A stretch of 64,000 nucleotides of DNA from a virus. Its lineage: Duplodnaviria > Caudoviricetes. The stretch lies in the IMG/VR virus record IMGVR_UViG_3300042988_001200, one strand, 5' to 3'. The translations under genes and the position numbers were made by a program. Below the pieces are notes generated by a model that had not been told where the DNA came from, made no database searches, and was given only the letters and a program-made list of their open reading frames with translations. The first letter of the stretch is position 1, and the number at the start of each line of letters is the position of its first letter. Positions 51,143 through 59,279 of the stretch are shown here, piece after piece.

Positions 51143-51437
51143 TAGGGTTTACTTCAGATAAAGGAGTGGTTAACTCTTTATATACTTTATCAACTTTAGG
51201 GTTCTTATTATATTTAAAACCTTTAAGAGCTTTAGTTAAATTAATTATTTCCTCTTCTTGAAAACTCTTAATATTAACTGTCTTACCTCCAAATGTATAT
51301 TTACCTAACTTCCTATCCCAAGCATCCTCTAGAGCTTTATCTACTTTAGAGGATTCATTATTTAATTCCTTAACAGAGAACCTTTGTAAAGCCTTATTTT
51401 CTGCACTATTACTCTTAGATTTATTAGTCTTAGACAT
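51132..51437 (-). CDS. hypothetical protein
   Basis: 101 aa; strong AAAGGAG RBS inside the E1 3' end. Confidence 0.6.
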   Translation of the reverse strand: MSKTNKSKSNSAENKALQRFSVKELNNESSKVDKALEDAWDRKLGKYTFGGKTVNIKSFQEEEIINLTKALKGFKYNKNPKVDKVYKELTTPLSEVNPIEE

Positions 51438-51448
51438 CTATTTCTCCT

Positions 51449-52144
51449 TTATTTAATATCTAAATGAACTTTATCTAAACTATTAACTACTCCTTTATTA
51501 ATATCAAAAGACATTAGTTCATAGAAGTAACCATTAATAATATTATACAGAGTATTAAGCGTGAGGGAAGCTGCCATTAAATTAGCACAGATAATCTGAG
51601 TATTAGTCTCCTTTTGTAATGAACATCCCCTATCTCCAGGAATCCTATCTGTAGGTTTATTAAGACTAGGATATAACTCTAGGGGATTGGTTCCTATGGA
51701 TTTACCATTTATATAAGCCCAGGTTATTACTTGTCCATAATCTAACTCATTACCAGGAGTAATGAATATAACATCTCTATTAGACTCAGATATAGCTTCT
51801 ATAACAGCTTTTCTACTAGCCTGATTATCTACACAAGCTATACAAAGGGTTAAAACACCAGAGTCTCTATTACTTAGAATATTAGAGTATACCTTTTTAT
51901 TAACATAAGTTATATGTGAATAACAAGATATATCTAAATCTAATATCTCTTTTTGTAATGGATTAACTTTATTAAATGAAATGCTAGAAGGAAAGAAACC
52001 CTGTCTTTCTATATTATTCTCCTCTACTTTATCTGCATCATATAAATGAACTTCTATATAGTTCATGTACTTTTTTAATAGTTTAGCCATTGGTATAGCT
52101 AAATAAGAGCCGGTTCCACCACATCCAATAAGGTCTACAAACAT
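51449..52144 (-). CDS. ThiF/E1-like ubiquitin-like-protein activating enzyme
   Basis: GCGGTGS, DADKVEENNIERQ, NKV, CVDN, GNELDYGQV, catalytic Cys in RGCS, NLMAA. Confidence 0.9.
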   Translation of the reverse strand: MFVDLIGCGGTGSYLAIPMAKLLKKYMNYIEVHLYDADKVEENNIERQGFFPSSISFNKVNPLQKEILDLDISCYSHITYVNKKVYSNILSNRDSGVLTLCIACVDNQASRKAVIEAISESNRDVIFITPGNELDYGQVITWAYINGKSIGTNPLELYPSLNKPTDRIPGDRGCSLQKETNTQIICANLMAASLTLNTLYNIINGYFYELMSFDINKGVVNSLDKVHLDIK

Positions 52145-52171
52145 GTTTACTCTCTTAATATGAAAGGAAGA

Positions 52172-52209
52172 TAGAGTTTAGTATCTATAAAGGTAAATAC
52201 TAAACTCTA
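52172..52209 (-). terminator. 13-bp stem-loop between the Ubl and E1 genes
   Basis: TAGAGTTTAGTAT-12 nt-ATACTAAACTCTA, followed on the minus strand by TCTTCCTTTC. Confidence 0.65.
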
Positions 52210-52215
52210 GGTTCA

Positions 52216-52623
52216 TTAGGCTTTAACAGCTACTTTTGTATATAAAGTATAGGTAGCTCCCACTTTAACGGGTTGAGACTTGTCCTTTACAATGACTCCA
52301 TCCTCCTTTATATTGACAATATTATCCTCAAAGTAAAGAGATTCTGATGCTTTCTCAATTAAATCCTCAATGGTAAGACCCTCTACTTCTTCTATATCAT
52401 ATTGGATTTGTTCTCCTAATGAAAAGGTGACAGTAGTTACAGTAGTCTTAGAGGTAGATTCTTCCATTCTAGAGGAAGAAATATTATCAACCATTACCTC
52501 CATTTCTTCATTAGAAATAGGTTTATCTAATGAGATAACTTCTGGATTAGTGTCTTTTAAAGAAGAATCTAGTTTATTTAGTAGAGAAACGGTCTTTTGA
52601 ATAATAGTTTTAACGATGCTCAT
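52216..52623 (-). CDS. ubiquitin-like (beta-grasp) protein with N-terminal extension
   Basis: C-terminal ~75 aa: TTVTFSLGEQIQYDI...GLTIEDLIEKA...IVNIKEDG...VKVGATYTLYTKVAVKA; lies between JAB and E1; start MSIVK at 52623. Confidence 0.65.
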   Translation of the reverse strand: MSIVKTIIQKTVSLLNKLDSSLKDTNPEVISLDKPISNEEMEVMVDNISSSRMEESTSKTTVTTVTFSLGEQIQYDIEEVEGLTIEDLIEKASESLYFEDNIVNIKEDGVIVKDKSQPVKVGATYTLYTKVAVKA

Positions 52624-52624
52624 A

Positions 52625-53455
52625 TCAATACTCCACAAATTTATACTGGTTATCTAACAACAAATCTTCTATGTCAAATAAGGCTATACTTCCATATTTA
52701 TTCTCCATTAACTTAAGAAAAGTGTCTAAATCCTTCTTTAACTCTGGATTAATAGTCCTAGATTGAGTCTTAAAGATGAAGGTATTAATAGGTTTACTAG
52801 GCTTATTTCCTTTAATAAAAGTAGTTGTTAAAGGATTAACTAGCTGTTTATATAGAGGAGAAATGCTTATATTAGGAATATAAGTCTCTTCTATTGGTAA
52901 TAAAAGTAATGGATTAGATACAATAAACCTTCTATTGAACTTAGTAATAGAAGGTAGAACTGAATAATTATTGTCCTTTATAGAGTGGATAAGTATATGA
53001 AACCCGGGGGATTTAAGCTCTGAATCATCATCTATAGAAGAAAAATCTCCTTTAATACCAGTAGGATGTAGATGACTATCTCCTACCATTATATAATTAT
53101 CACTGGTGTAATCCTCTAATAAAGCCTCGGATTCTATATCAAATGCTTTAAAACTTAGTCTAGTAGTAGAAGAAAGAGTGACTTGCTGCTCTGGAATTAC
53201 AATTCTCCACTTATCTAACTCTTGATTATATAGAATAACTGAGCTTATTTCTAGACTTAAGGAGTTATATTCCTTAAAAATAGATACCATTCTATGCCAT
53301 AAATCTAGAGGAATCTTATTAATAGGAGGTACTAATGTAAAGAGTTCTACTACTTGGTCATCTAAACCATCAGGGTCTTCTATCTTTCTATAACAAGTTC
53401 CCCAATATGAACTATCTAATTTATAACTACCTAGAGTCTTAGTCTTTATATACAT
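52625..53455 (-). CDS. JAB/MPN+ metallopeptidase (deconjugase)
   Basis: LEISSVILY (Glu), WRIVIPEQQVT, GDSHLHP...FSSIDD (HxH-x7-SxxD). Confidence 0.88.
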   Translation of the reverse strand: MYIKTKTLGSYKLDSSYWGTCYRKIEDPDGLDDQVVELFTLVPPINKIPLDLWHRMVSIFKEYNSLSLEISSVILYNQELDKWRIVIPEQQVTLSSTTRLSFKAFDIESEALLEDYTSDNYIMVGDSHLHPTGIKGDFSSIDDDSELKSPGFHILIHSIKDNNYSVLPSITKFNRRFIVSNPLLLLPIEETYIPNISISPLYKQLVNPLTTTFIKGNKPSKPINTFIFKTQSRTINPELKKDLDTFLKLMENKYGSIALFDIEDLLLDNQYKFVEY

Positions 53456-54220
53456 CTATTCCTCTTCATCTTTATACTCATCTTCTGAATCATAGTCATC
53501 CTCTTCAGTATTTGTATAATCCTCTAACTTCTCCCATTCTATTGTTAAGGATTCATCAGACTTATATGCTTCATATTTAGTAAATATTTTCTCTAGAATA
53601 GCTTCTAAAGAGTCAATATCATTAAAGCCATCTAAATTAAATAGACTATCCCAGTAGATATCGTATAACTCTTTATGAGTGTATTCATCTATATCTATAT
53701 TATCACCAAAGCATATCTGATTATCTGCCATTCTATTGGGTAATGGAAGAAAGTAATATTCGCCTCTTATACAAGTAGTTATATAGAACTTACTTTCTCC
53801 AGATTCTTTATCATCTAAATACCAGAACTCATGTATAGGTAATCTAAATTCTATAGTTGTAATAATATCTTCTGGTTCTAGTTTTCTACATTTACCCTCT
53901 AATACAAATGAAATATCTCTCTCATAGGATTCCTCTAGAGAACATATATAACTCTCTTTTTTTAATAGAGAGAACCTTGTATTTAAATCCTTTATATAGG
54001 GTTCTAATTTATTGATTAAAATCTCATCAATCTCATTAATTCTACAATAATTTCTAATTATCTTTAAATTTAAATCATTTATACTCTCTTTAAAGTTAAA
54101 CCAATTATTGAACTTACAGTATTTACATTCTTTGTTTTTAATATCTCCAGTATCTCTATTAATTATTTTAATAGTTTTTACTTGCTCTCTATAAATTTCT
54201 ATTAACTCAGGATTTGACAT
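53456..54220 (-). CDS. prokaryotic E2-like conjugating enzyme with acidic tail
   Basis: FRLPIHEF...YFLPLPNRMADNQICFG (catalytic Cys)...YWDSLFNLD; start MSNPEL at 54220. Confidence 0.75.
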   Translation of the reverse strand: MSNPELIEIYREQVKTIKIINRDTGDIKNKECKYCKFNNWFNFKESINDLNLKIIRNYCRINEIDEILINKLEPYIKDLNTRFSLLKKESYICSLEESYERDISFVLEGKCRKLEPEDIITTIEFRLPIHEFWYLDDKESGESKFYITTCIRGEYYFLPLPNRMADNQICFGDNIDIDEYTHKELYDIYWDSLFNLDGFNDIDSLEAILEKIFTKYEAYKSDESLTIEWEKLEDYTNTEEDDYDSEDEYKDEEE

Positions 54221-54238
54221 CTTTATACCCCTTAAAAC

Positions 54239-54266
54239 AGTAGGAGTTAGGGGTCTAACTCCTACT
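54239..54266 (-). terminator. intrinsic terminator after hli
   Basis: AGTAGGAGTTAG-4 nt-CTAACTCCTACT followed by GTTTT on the minus strand. Confidence 0.8.
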
Positions 54267-54275
54267 TTATACAAT

Positions 54276-54428
54276 TTAATGAACAATTATTAGCTTAATA
54301 AGATTACCAAATGGACCAGATAGAGTTACTAATTCTAAGAATAGTAGACTAATAAACCCTATCATTGCTAATCTTCCATTCACTAATTCAGCAGTATTAT
54401 CAAATATAAATCTAGGTTTAATCTTCAT
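54276..54428 (-). CDS. hli: high-light-inducible protein (Hli/SCP), not in ORF track
   Basis: Hand translation MKIKPRFIFDNTAELVNGRLAMIGFISLLFLELVTLSGPFGNLIKLIIVH; contains the AExxNGRxAMIGF chlorophyll-binding motif. Confidence 0.92.
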   Translation of the reverse strand: MKIKPRFIFDNTAELVNGRLAMIGFISLLFLELVTLSGPFGNLIKLIIVH

Positions 54429-54563
54429 AATAAGCGTATAAATTTAATGCAATTGGATTTAAATATAGAGAGTTATTCATATAAACAGTATAAATCCTTT
54501 AGTTTATATAATACTTTGGAGGATTGAATTGTATTTTTACACCTTAAGTATATATTCATAGGT

Positions 54564-54992
54564 CTAAACTCCTAGTTTACAGATAATAGAGGAAGGAATC
54601 TGGTAATTAATAAGAGTCTTTACAGTATTCCAATTACCCCCTCCTAGACCACAACCTATTTTATAAGGGATATAAACTTTAAGATTTAACTCTTGGGCTA
54701 TTTCATTAACTAACCCTAATCCTTTAGATAGAGCTTTATAGTCTGTATGTATCCCTGTATTACCATAGGTATTTTGCCCAATTAGAGATACTATTACTAG
54801 GCTCTCTATTCTAGTAGTAATAATATCTCCCATTTCTAGATTACCTACTTGTGATTTATAATCTATTTCTACTTGAGGATATTTAGTTTTAATGGATAAA
54901 GCTAGACCTTTACCCATTACTCCTTGTTTATTAACCTGATGGACGATGATTCCTTCTTTAATGTCTAAGATATTCTTCTCTATGATTTCCAT
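54564..54992 (-). CDS. macrodomain (Poa1/OARD1-like ADP-ribose hydrolase)
   Basis: IVHQVNKQGVMGKGLALSIK...TDYKAL...IPYKIGCGLGGGNW. Confidence 0.9.
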   Translation of the reverse strand: MEIIEKNILDIKEGIIVHQVNKQGVMGKGLALSIKTKYPQVEIDYKSQVGNLEMGDIITTRIESLVIVSLIGQNTYGNTGIHTDYKALSKGLGLVNEIAQELNLKVYIPYKIGCGLGGGNWNTVKTLINYQIPSSIICKLGV

Positions 54993-55324
54993 TAAAGACC
55001 TTTTATTAATTGGATATAACCTTTATTTAATTGAATATAGTTGTTTAGAATTGTATTTAGTAACTCTATAAGTTGCTCTTTAGAGGCTCTATCTATACAA
55101 CTTTCAAAGGTTTCTTTTATATCTTTATCTTCAGTATTCTCATAGAATTTACCTATACTCTTAACAAAGTATATTATCTTTAGCTTCCTATTCTCTCTAT
55201 AATAGTTCTCTAAAGTCTCAATTACTAATTGTTTTAAATCCTCTCTATTAAGATTTCTGGCCTTTAAATTATATGAAGCAATCTTAAACTGCTCTTCTAA
55301 AGTGAGATTTAAGGTAGATTCCAT
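54992..55324 (-). CDS. nblA: phycobilisome degradation protein NblA, apparently two fused copies
   Basis: LNLTLEEQFKIASYNLKARNLNREDLKQLV matches NblA LSLEQQF...MSxEQ; the second half TFESCIDRASKEQLIELL...YIQLIK repeats the pattern. Confidence 0.75.
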   Translation of the reverse strand: MESTLNLTLEEQFKIASYNLKARNLNREDLKQLVIETLENYYRENRKLKIIYFVKSIGKFYENTEDKDIKETFESCIDRASKEQLIELLNTILNNYIQLNKGYIQLIKGL

Positions 55325-55332
55325 AATATTAA

Positions 55333-55830
55333 TTAAATATAACTAAGGATGTTCTGAACTTTAACAAGAGTTTTATAACTAATCTCTTCATTTATTAACT
55401 CATTAGACTTATCTATAAATATAAATGTGTGTAAAAAGTTGAATAAATACAGATTATAATCCTCTGTTAAAGTACCTAAACTGTTATAAATTAATGTAAC
55501 TAAGTCATCAAACTCCTCTTGTTCTGTCACCTTCTGCTCAATATATCTACTAGAAAAGAAGTTATTAAGCTCCTTTTTTTCTATATCATTTCCCTTTTCT
55601 ATGTCTTCTATAGCCTTTTCTATTAGACTAGTAAGAGTGTCTTTTTCGTTTAGATACTTAAGAGTAGATAACCTAGACTTCTCCTCTTTTAGAATACTAA
55701 TAACTATACTAATCCTTTCTTTTATATTAATACTCTTAATAAGAAAGTCAATAAATGTATCTAGTTTATTTATATCGTTCTGAATCTGGTTTCTCTTTTG
55801 TTGAAGACTAATGTACTTTTTATAGTCCAT
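55333..55830 (-). CDS. helical hypothetical protein
   Basis: 165-aa ORF. Confidence 0.5.
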   Translation of the reverse strand: MDYKKYISLQQKRNQIQNDINKLDTFIDFLIKSINIKERISIVISILKEEKSRLSTLKYLNEKDTLTSLIEKAIEDIEKGNDIEKKELNNFFSSRYIEQKVTEQEEFDDLVTLIYNSLGTLTEDYNLYLFNFLHTFIFIDKSNELINEEISYKTLVKVQNILSYI

Positions 55831-55935
55831 TTACTTAGATTCCTTATTCTTAATATCTTTAATCTCAACCATCTCAGAGGAGTTTCTAGATTTATAGTTT
55901 CTAGATTTATCTTTATTAGACTGTTCTTCTTTCAT
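55831..55935 (-). CDS. 34-aa small protein, not in ORF track
   Basis: MKEEQSNKDKSRNYKSRNSSEMVEIKDIKNKESK; ATGA overlap upstream and abuts the next ATG. Confidence 0.5.
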   Translation of the reverse strand: MKEEQSNKDKSRNYKSRNSSEMVEIKDIKNKESK

Positions 55936-56198
55936 TTTAGTAGATTAGATAATAGGTAATTAATATTGATTATATATTGGTCTATCTCTGGAGTAGTACC
56001 TACTGGAAGAATATACTCTTTACCATTAAGGGTCCAGCTACATGTATCTTTAGGTAAGTCTTTGTATTCTGCCATAAGAGGGTCTAACTCCTTAAATAAT
56101 AAAGAGGATTGAGTTACTATTATACCTATATTATTTAAGGTGAATTGTAAGTCTCTGGACCACTCTTCATAATCATACTTAGATTTATCTTTATTCAT
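55932..56198 (-). CDS. hypothetical protein
   Basis: 88-aa ORF. Confidence 0.5.
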   Translation of the reverse strand: MNKDKSKYDYEEWSRDLQFTLNNIGIIVTQSSLLFKELDPLMAEYKDLPKDTCSWTLNGKEYILPVGTTPEIDQYIININYLLSNLLK

Positions 56199-57618
56199 AA
56201 TATTCTATACAATCTTCTCCATATATGGTCTTAACAATTTCTATTTGAGTTATTGCTTGATTATTAAAAGGCCATGTATTATCTTTAATAATTACTATAA
56301 CAGGTCTCTTATTAGATAAACTATTCTTTCTTAAAGCTCTCCCTATCTGTTGAATAAGAGACCTACCTTCTTCTCCTCCCTTACCAGCTAAGGCTAATAT
56401 AATCCATTGAATACTAGGTATATTAGTCCCTTCTCTTATACTATTAGGTCCACTTATAACTACAGGGTTAGAACCTTTATTTAAACTATCTAATATCTTT
56501 AGATTAGTTTTACTTGTATTATTTCCTTTTAGAATAGGTATATCTAATGTAGGTATCCTATCATTAAGTTTCTTCTTTAGAATATCAGCATGGGACCCTT
56601 CTTTAACTCTACTTACAACTAATAATCCACTACCTAGAGAGATAAACTCTTCTACTAAATTACATATCAACTCATTTCTATCTGGATTTTTATTAATAAC
56701 TAAATCTAATAGATACTCATAATTAAAATGGTCAAAGGTCCCATCCTTCTTCTTTAGATTTCTATTAGCTATAAGTTGTAATAATCTTTTATTATTAGTC
56801 TTATAAGAACAGTTATAGACCCTAACTATGGGCTTTTCTATATGGTTTAAATCTATTAAATTCTTAACTTCTAAGTTATATATAAGGTTTCCAAATAGCC
56901 CAATGGATAAGTTATTAAGTGCTGGAGTAGCACTTAGACCTACTTTATAATATGTATTTACTAGATATTTAGACAGAACACATATAGTAGGGGTTATCAT
57001 TAAATGAACTTCATCAGCTATTAATACATTAACTCCTTTTAAATATTCTTTAAACTCCTCTAATCTTGTATATAAAGTATCTGGAATGGCTATGTTTACT
57101 CTCTTAATCTTTACCTTTCCATCACCTATTTGGCCTACTTCCTCTCCTATATATTTAGATATCTCATCTATAGTCTGATATAAAAGGGTAGTTGTAGGTA
57201 CTAATACTAGTAGTTTGGAGGTAGGGAAGTAGGTAATTAGTTCCCCTATAACAAAGGTTTTACCCCCTCCAGTAGGTATAGAAACTATACCTCTTTTATT
57301 AGTAAGTATCTCTTTAACTGCATCCTTCTGATAATCTCTTAGTTTATTATTAAGAGATTTGGATATAGGTTCTACTATATCTCCTTTAAATTCACCCTCT
57401 TCCTTAGTAATAAGAGGGGCTAAACCACTTAAACAGTAATAGAAATCTTTATTATCCTTATTCTTAATTTCATATAACTGTATTACTTCAGGGTCTTTAG
57501 TCTCTATATTAGGTATAAATTCCTTTACTTTATTATCTTTTATAGTAAAGGTTTTAAAGGGATAAGGTTCTTGTAAGCCCTCAATCCTACAGATATGCCC
57601 ATTATATTTATATTTCAT
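56191..57618 (-). CDS. superfamily 2 DEAD/H helicase (UvsW-like)
   Basis: LRDYQ, IPTGGGKT, IADEVH, GLSATP, REGTNIP, QQIGRALR. Confidence 0.9.
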   Translation of the reverse strand: MKYKYNGHICRIEGLQEPYPFKTFTIKDNKVKEFIPNIETKDPEVIQLYEIKNKDNKDFYYCLSGLAPLITKEEGEFKGDIVEPISKSLNNKLRDYQKDAVKEILTNKRGIVSIPTGGGKTFVIGELITYFPTSKLLVLVPTTTLLYQTIDEISKYIGEEVGQIGDGKVKIKRVNIAIPDTLYTRLEEFKEYLKGVNVLIADEVHLMITPTICVLSKYLVNTYYKVGLSATPALNNLSIGLFGNLIYNLEVKNLIDLNHIEKPIVRVYNCSYKTNNKRLLQLIANRNLKKKDGTFDHFNYEYLLDLVINKNPDRNELICNLVEEFISLGSGLLVVSRVKEGSHADILKKKLNDRIPTLDIPILKGNNTSKTNLKILDSLNKGSNPVVISGPNSIREGTNIPSIQWIILALAGKGGEEGRSLIQQIGRALRKNSLSNKRPVIVIIKDNTWPFNNQAITQIEIVKTIYGEDCIEYYE

Positions 57619-57645
57619 ATTCTCTATATAACCTATCTAAATGGG

Positions 57646-57691
57646 ATTTATATCAATTTATAATCTTTGGTTATTATAAATTGATATAAAT
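57646..57691. terminator. 19-bp AT-rich stem-loop
   Basis: ATTTATATCAATTTATAAT-8 nt-ATTATAAATTGATATAAAT. Confidence 0.6.
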
Positions 57692-57696
57692 TGATG

Positions 57697-58638
57697 TTAA
57701 CTAAAGAGTTTATTCATTGAAAGATTATCTCTATAAAACTCATTATTAGTTGTATATAAGACTTTATACTCGTTTTTAATAGGTATTATATCTACATCTA
57801 ATATAGAAAAATTATTCTGCTTGAGTATAGTAGGAGCTAAATTAGTAGATAAAGCCTCTTCTAGATATATAACACCATTGTTATCTGTAATAATAAATGT
57901 ATTTGTATTAGGTATGCTTTTAATACAGAGGATACTTTCAAGGGATAGGAATATAACTCTACCTTCACCTACTTCAAAGTTCTTATTGAAGGGGTATATA
58001 AAGATATACCCATTATTATCCCCTTTACAGATAAAGTTATTAGATACATCCATAGAAGTACATAAATATGGATGATTTTCTATTTCAAGAGCTATTTCTA
58101 GTTCATTAATAACATCCTCTGTACTAGAGATGTTCTGTAGGATAGTTAGATTAAGGTTAGAGGAGTTCAGATGATAGATTTCTACATAACCATCACAGAA
58201 TAGAATAAAGATTCTATCCTTATGGACTTTTAAATCAATAGCATCATTCTTACTAAGTTCATAAGAGATGGATTTATTAGATAGAACATTAAATATAGTT
58301 AATCTATCAAAGAACAAGATAAGAAGTAAATGGTCGTTAAACCATTGAATACTACAAGTAGTATTGTCAATAGAAATATTAGTTTGTTCTTCAATATCTC
58401 CATTACTTTTAACCTTAAGTAGAGGTAGAATGCTAGGTTGATTAATTGGTTCTAAACTAAATTGACCTACAGCGACTAATCCCCTTTCTTTATTTATTGC
58501 TAGATTACCAACAGAGAAGGGGGTTTCTACCTCTATACATTTAGAACCTTTATTAATAAATAGCTTATTTTCAAAGGCCCCAAAGATATTAATATCATTA
58601 ATAAACATCTTGCCACAGGAGAGGGTTCCCTTAAACAT
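57697..58638 (-). CDS. WD40-like beta-propeller protein
   Basis: Repeated blades such as CTSMDVSNNFICKGDNNGYIFIY, LCIKSIPNTNTFIITDNNGVIY, FCDGYVEIY. Confidence 0.65.
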   Translation of the reverse strand: MFKGTLSCGKMFINDINIFGAFENKLFINKGSKCIEVETPFSVGNLAINKERGLVAVGQFSLEPINQPSILPLLKVKSNGDIEEQTNISIDNTTCSIQWFNDHLLLILFFDRLTIFNVLSNKSISYELSKNDAIDLKVHKDRIFILFCDGYVEIYHLNSSNLNLTILQNISSTEDVINELEIALEIENHPYLCTSMDVSNNFICKGDNNGYIFIYPFNKNFEVGEGRVIFLSLESILCIKSIPNTNTFIITDNNGVIYLEEALSTNLAPTILKQNNFSILDVDIIPIKNEYKVLYTTNNEFYRDNLSMNKLFS

Positions 58639-58643
58639 ATCTA

Positions 58644-59279
58644 CTATCCTTTTTCTAATATTTGGTTAATCTTATTTAATCTTTGCTCTTGGTTCTTCTT
58701 AATACAATGGTTTCTCCTTGATAAAGAGCTGGAACTTGTAACATAATAACCATTGTTTCTACAATTAAAGAAGAGACCAGTAGCACTGCCCTCAAAACTA
58801 TTTACCCTTGCTAGTTTAATAGATTCATCATCTTTACCTTTAATAAACTTATAGAAGTTAGAAGCTGCACTGGGACTTTGATTATATAGGTCTAGATAAT
58901 TAAGAATAACCTTTTCATCTTTATACTTAATCTTATCTAAACCTTTATCTAGGGCTTTTCTTAAGAATGATAAACAGTATTTATCAGCCTCCTCTACACT
59001 ACCCTTAAACCCATTAGCAGAACAGAACCCTTTATTAAACTTACTATTACCAGGGTCTATATGACCCCCATAATGAATGGTTCTATTACCATTTATATCA
59101 AGAGTTCCTTCTGCATAGCCTATAGCTCTAATCCAATTAGACTTTACTTCTTTATCTAATACTAAAGAACTTTGTTCTACTTTTTCTTTGGGAGTAGGAA
59201 TTTCAATAGGCTCATTACTATTTGAATGAAATATTGTATATATAAATATAAGTATTGTTATTATATATAAAGAATTCAT
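58644..59279 (-). CDS. exported lysozyme-like protein of a cyanobacterial family
   Basis: N-terminal signal; AIGYAEGT...YGGHIDPGN...N.GFCS...EEAD...LDLYNQSP.AA. Confidence 0.55.
   Translation of the reverse strand: MNSLYIITILIFIYTIFHSNSNEPIEIPTPKEKVEQSSLVLDKEVKSNWIRAIGYAEGTLDINGNRTIHYGGHIDPGNSKFNKGFCSANGFKGSVEEADKYCLSFLRKALDKGLDKIKYKDEKVILNYLDLYNQSPSAASNFYKFIKGKDDESIKLARVNSFEGSATGLFFNCRNNGYYVTSSSSLSRRNHCIKKNQEQRLNKINQILEKG

Noticed and set aside
53456-54286. ORF-track start (TTG at 54286) for the E2 gene
   Set aside because: Overlaps hli and crosses its terminator; ATG at 54220 is more plausible.
54473-54559. 28-aa ORF between macro and hli
   Set aside because: Too short, with no RBS or motif; may simply be the hli promoter region.
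11313-57821. Short + strand ORFs antisense to - strand genes (11313, 12419, 14415, 18926, 19889, 25086, 25999, 33164, 35451, 35476, 38722, 39557, 52370, 55601, 57821)
   Set aside because: Nested within, or largely overlapping, well-supported genes on the opposite strand; no recognisable features.
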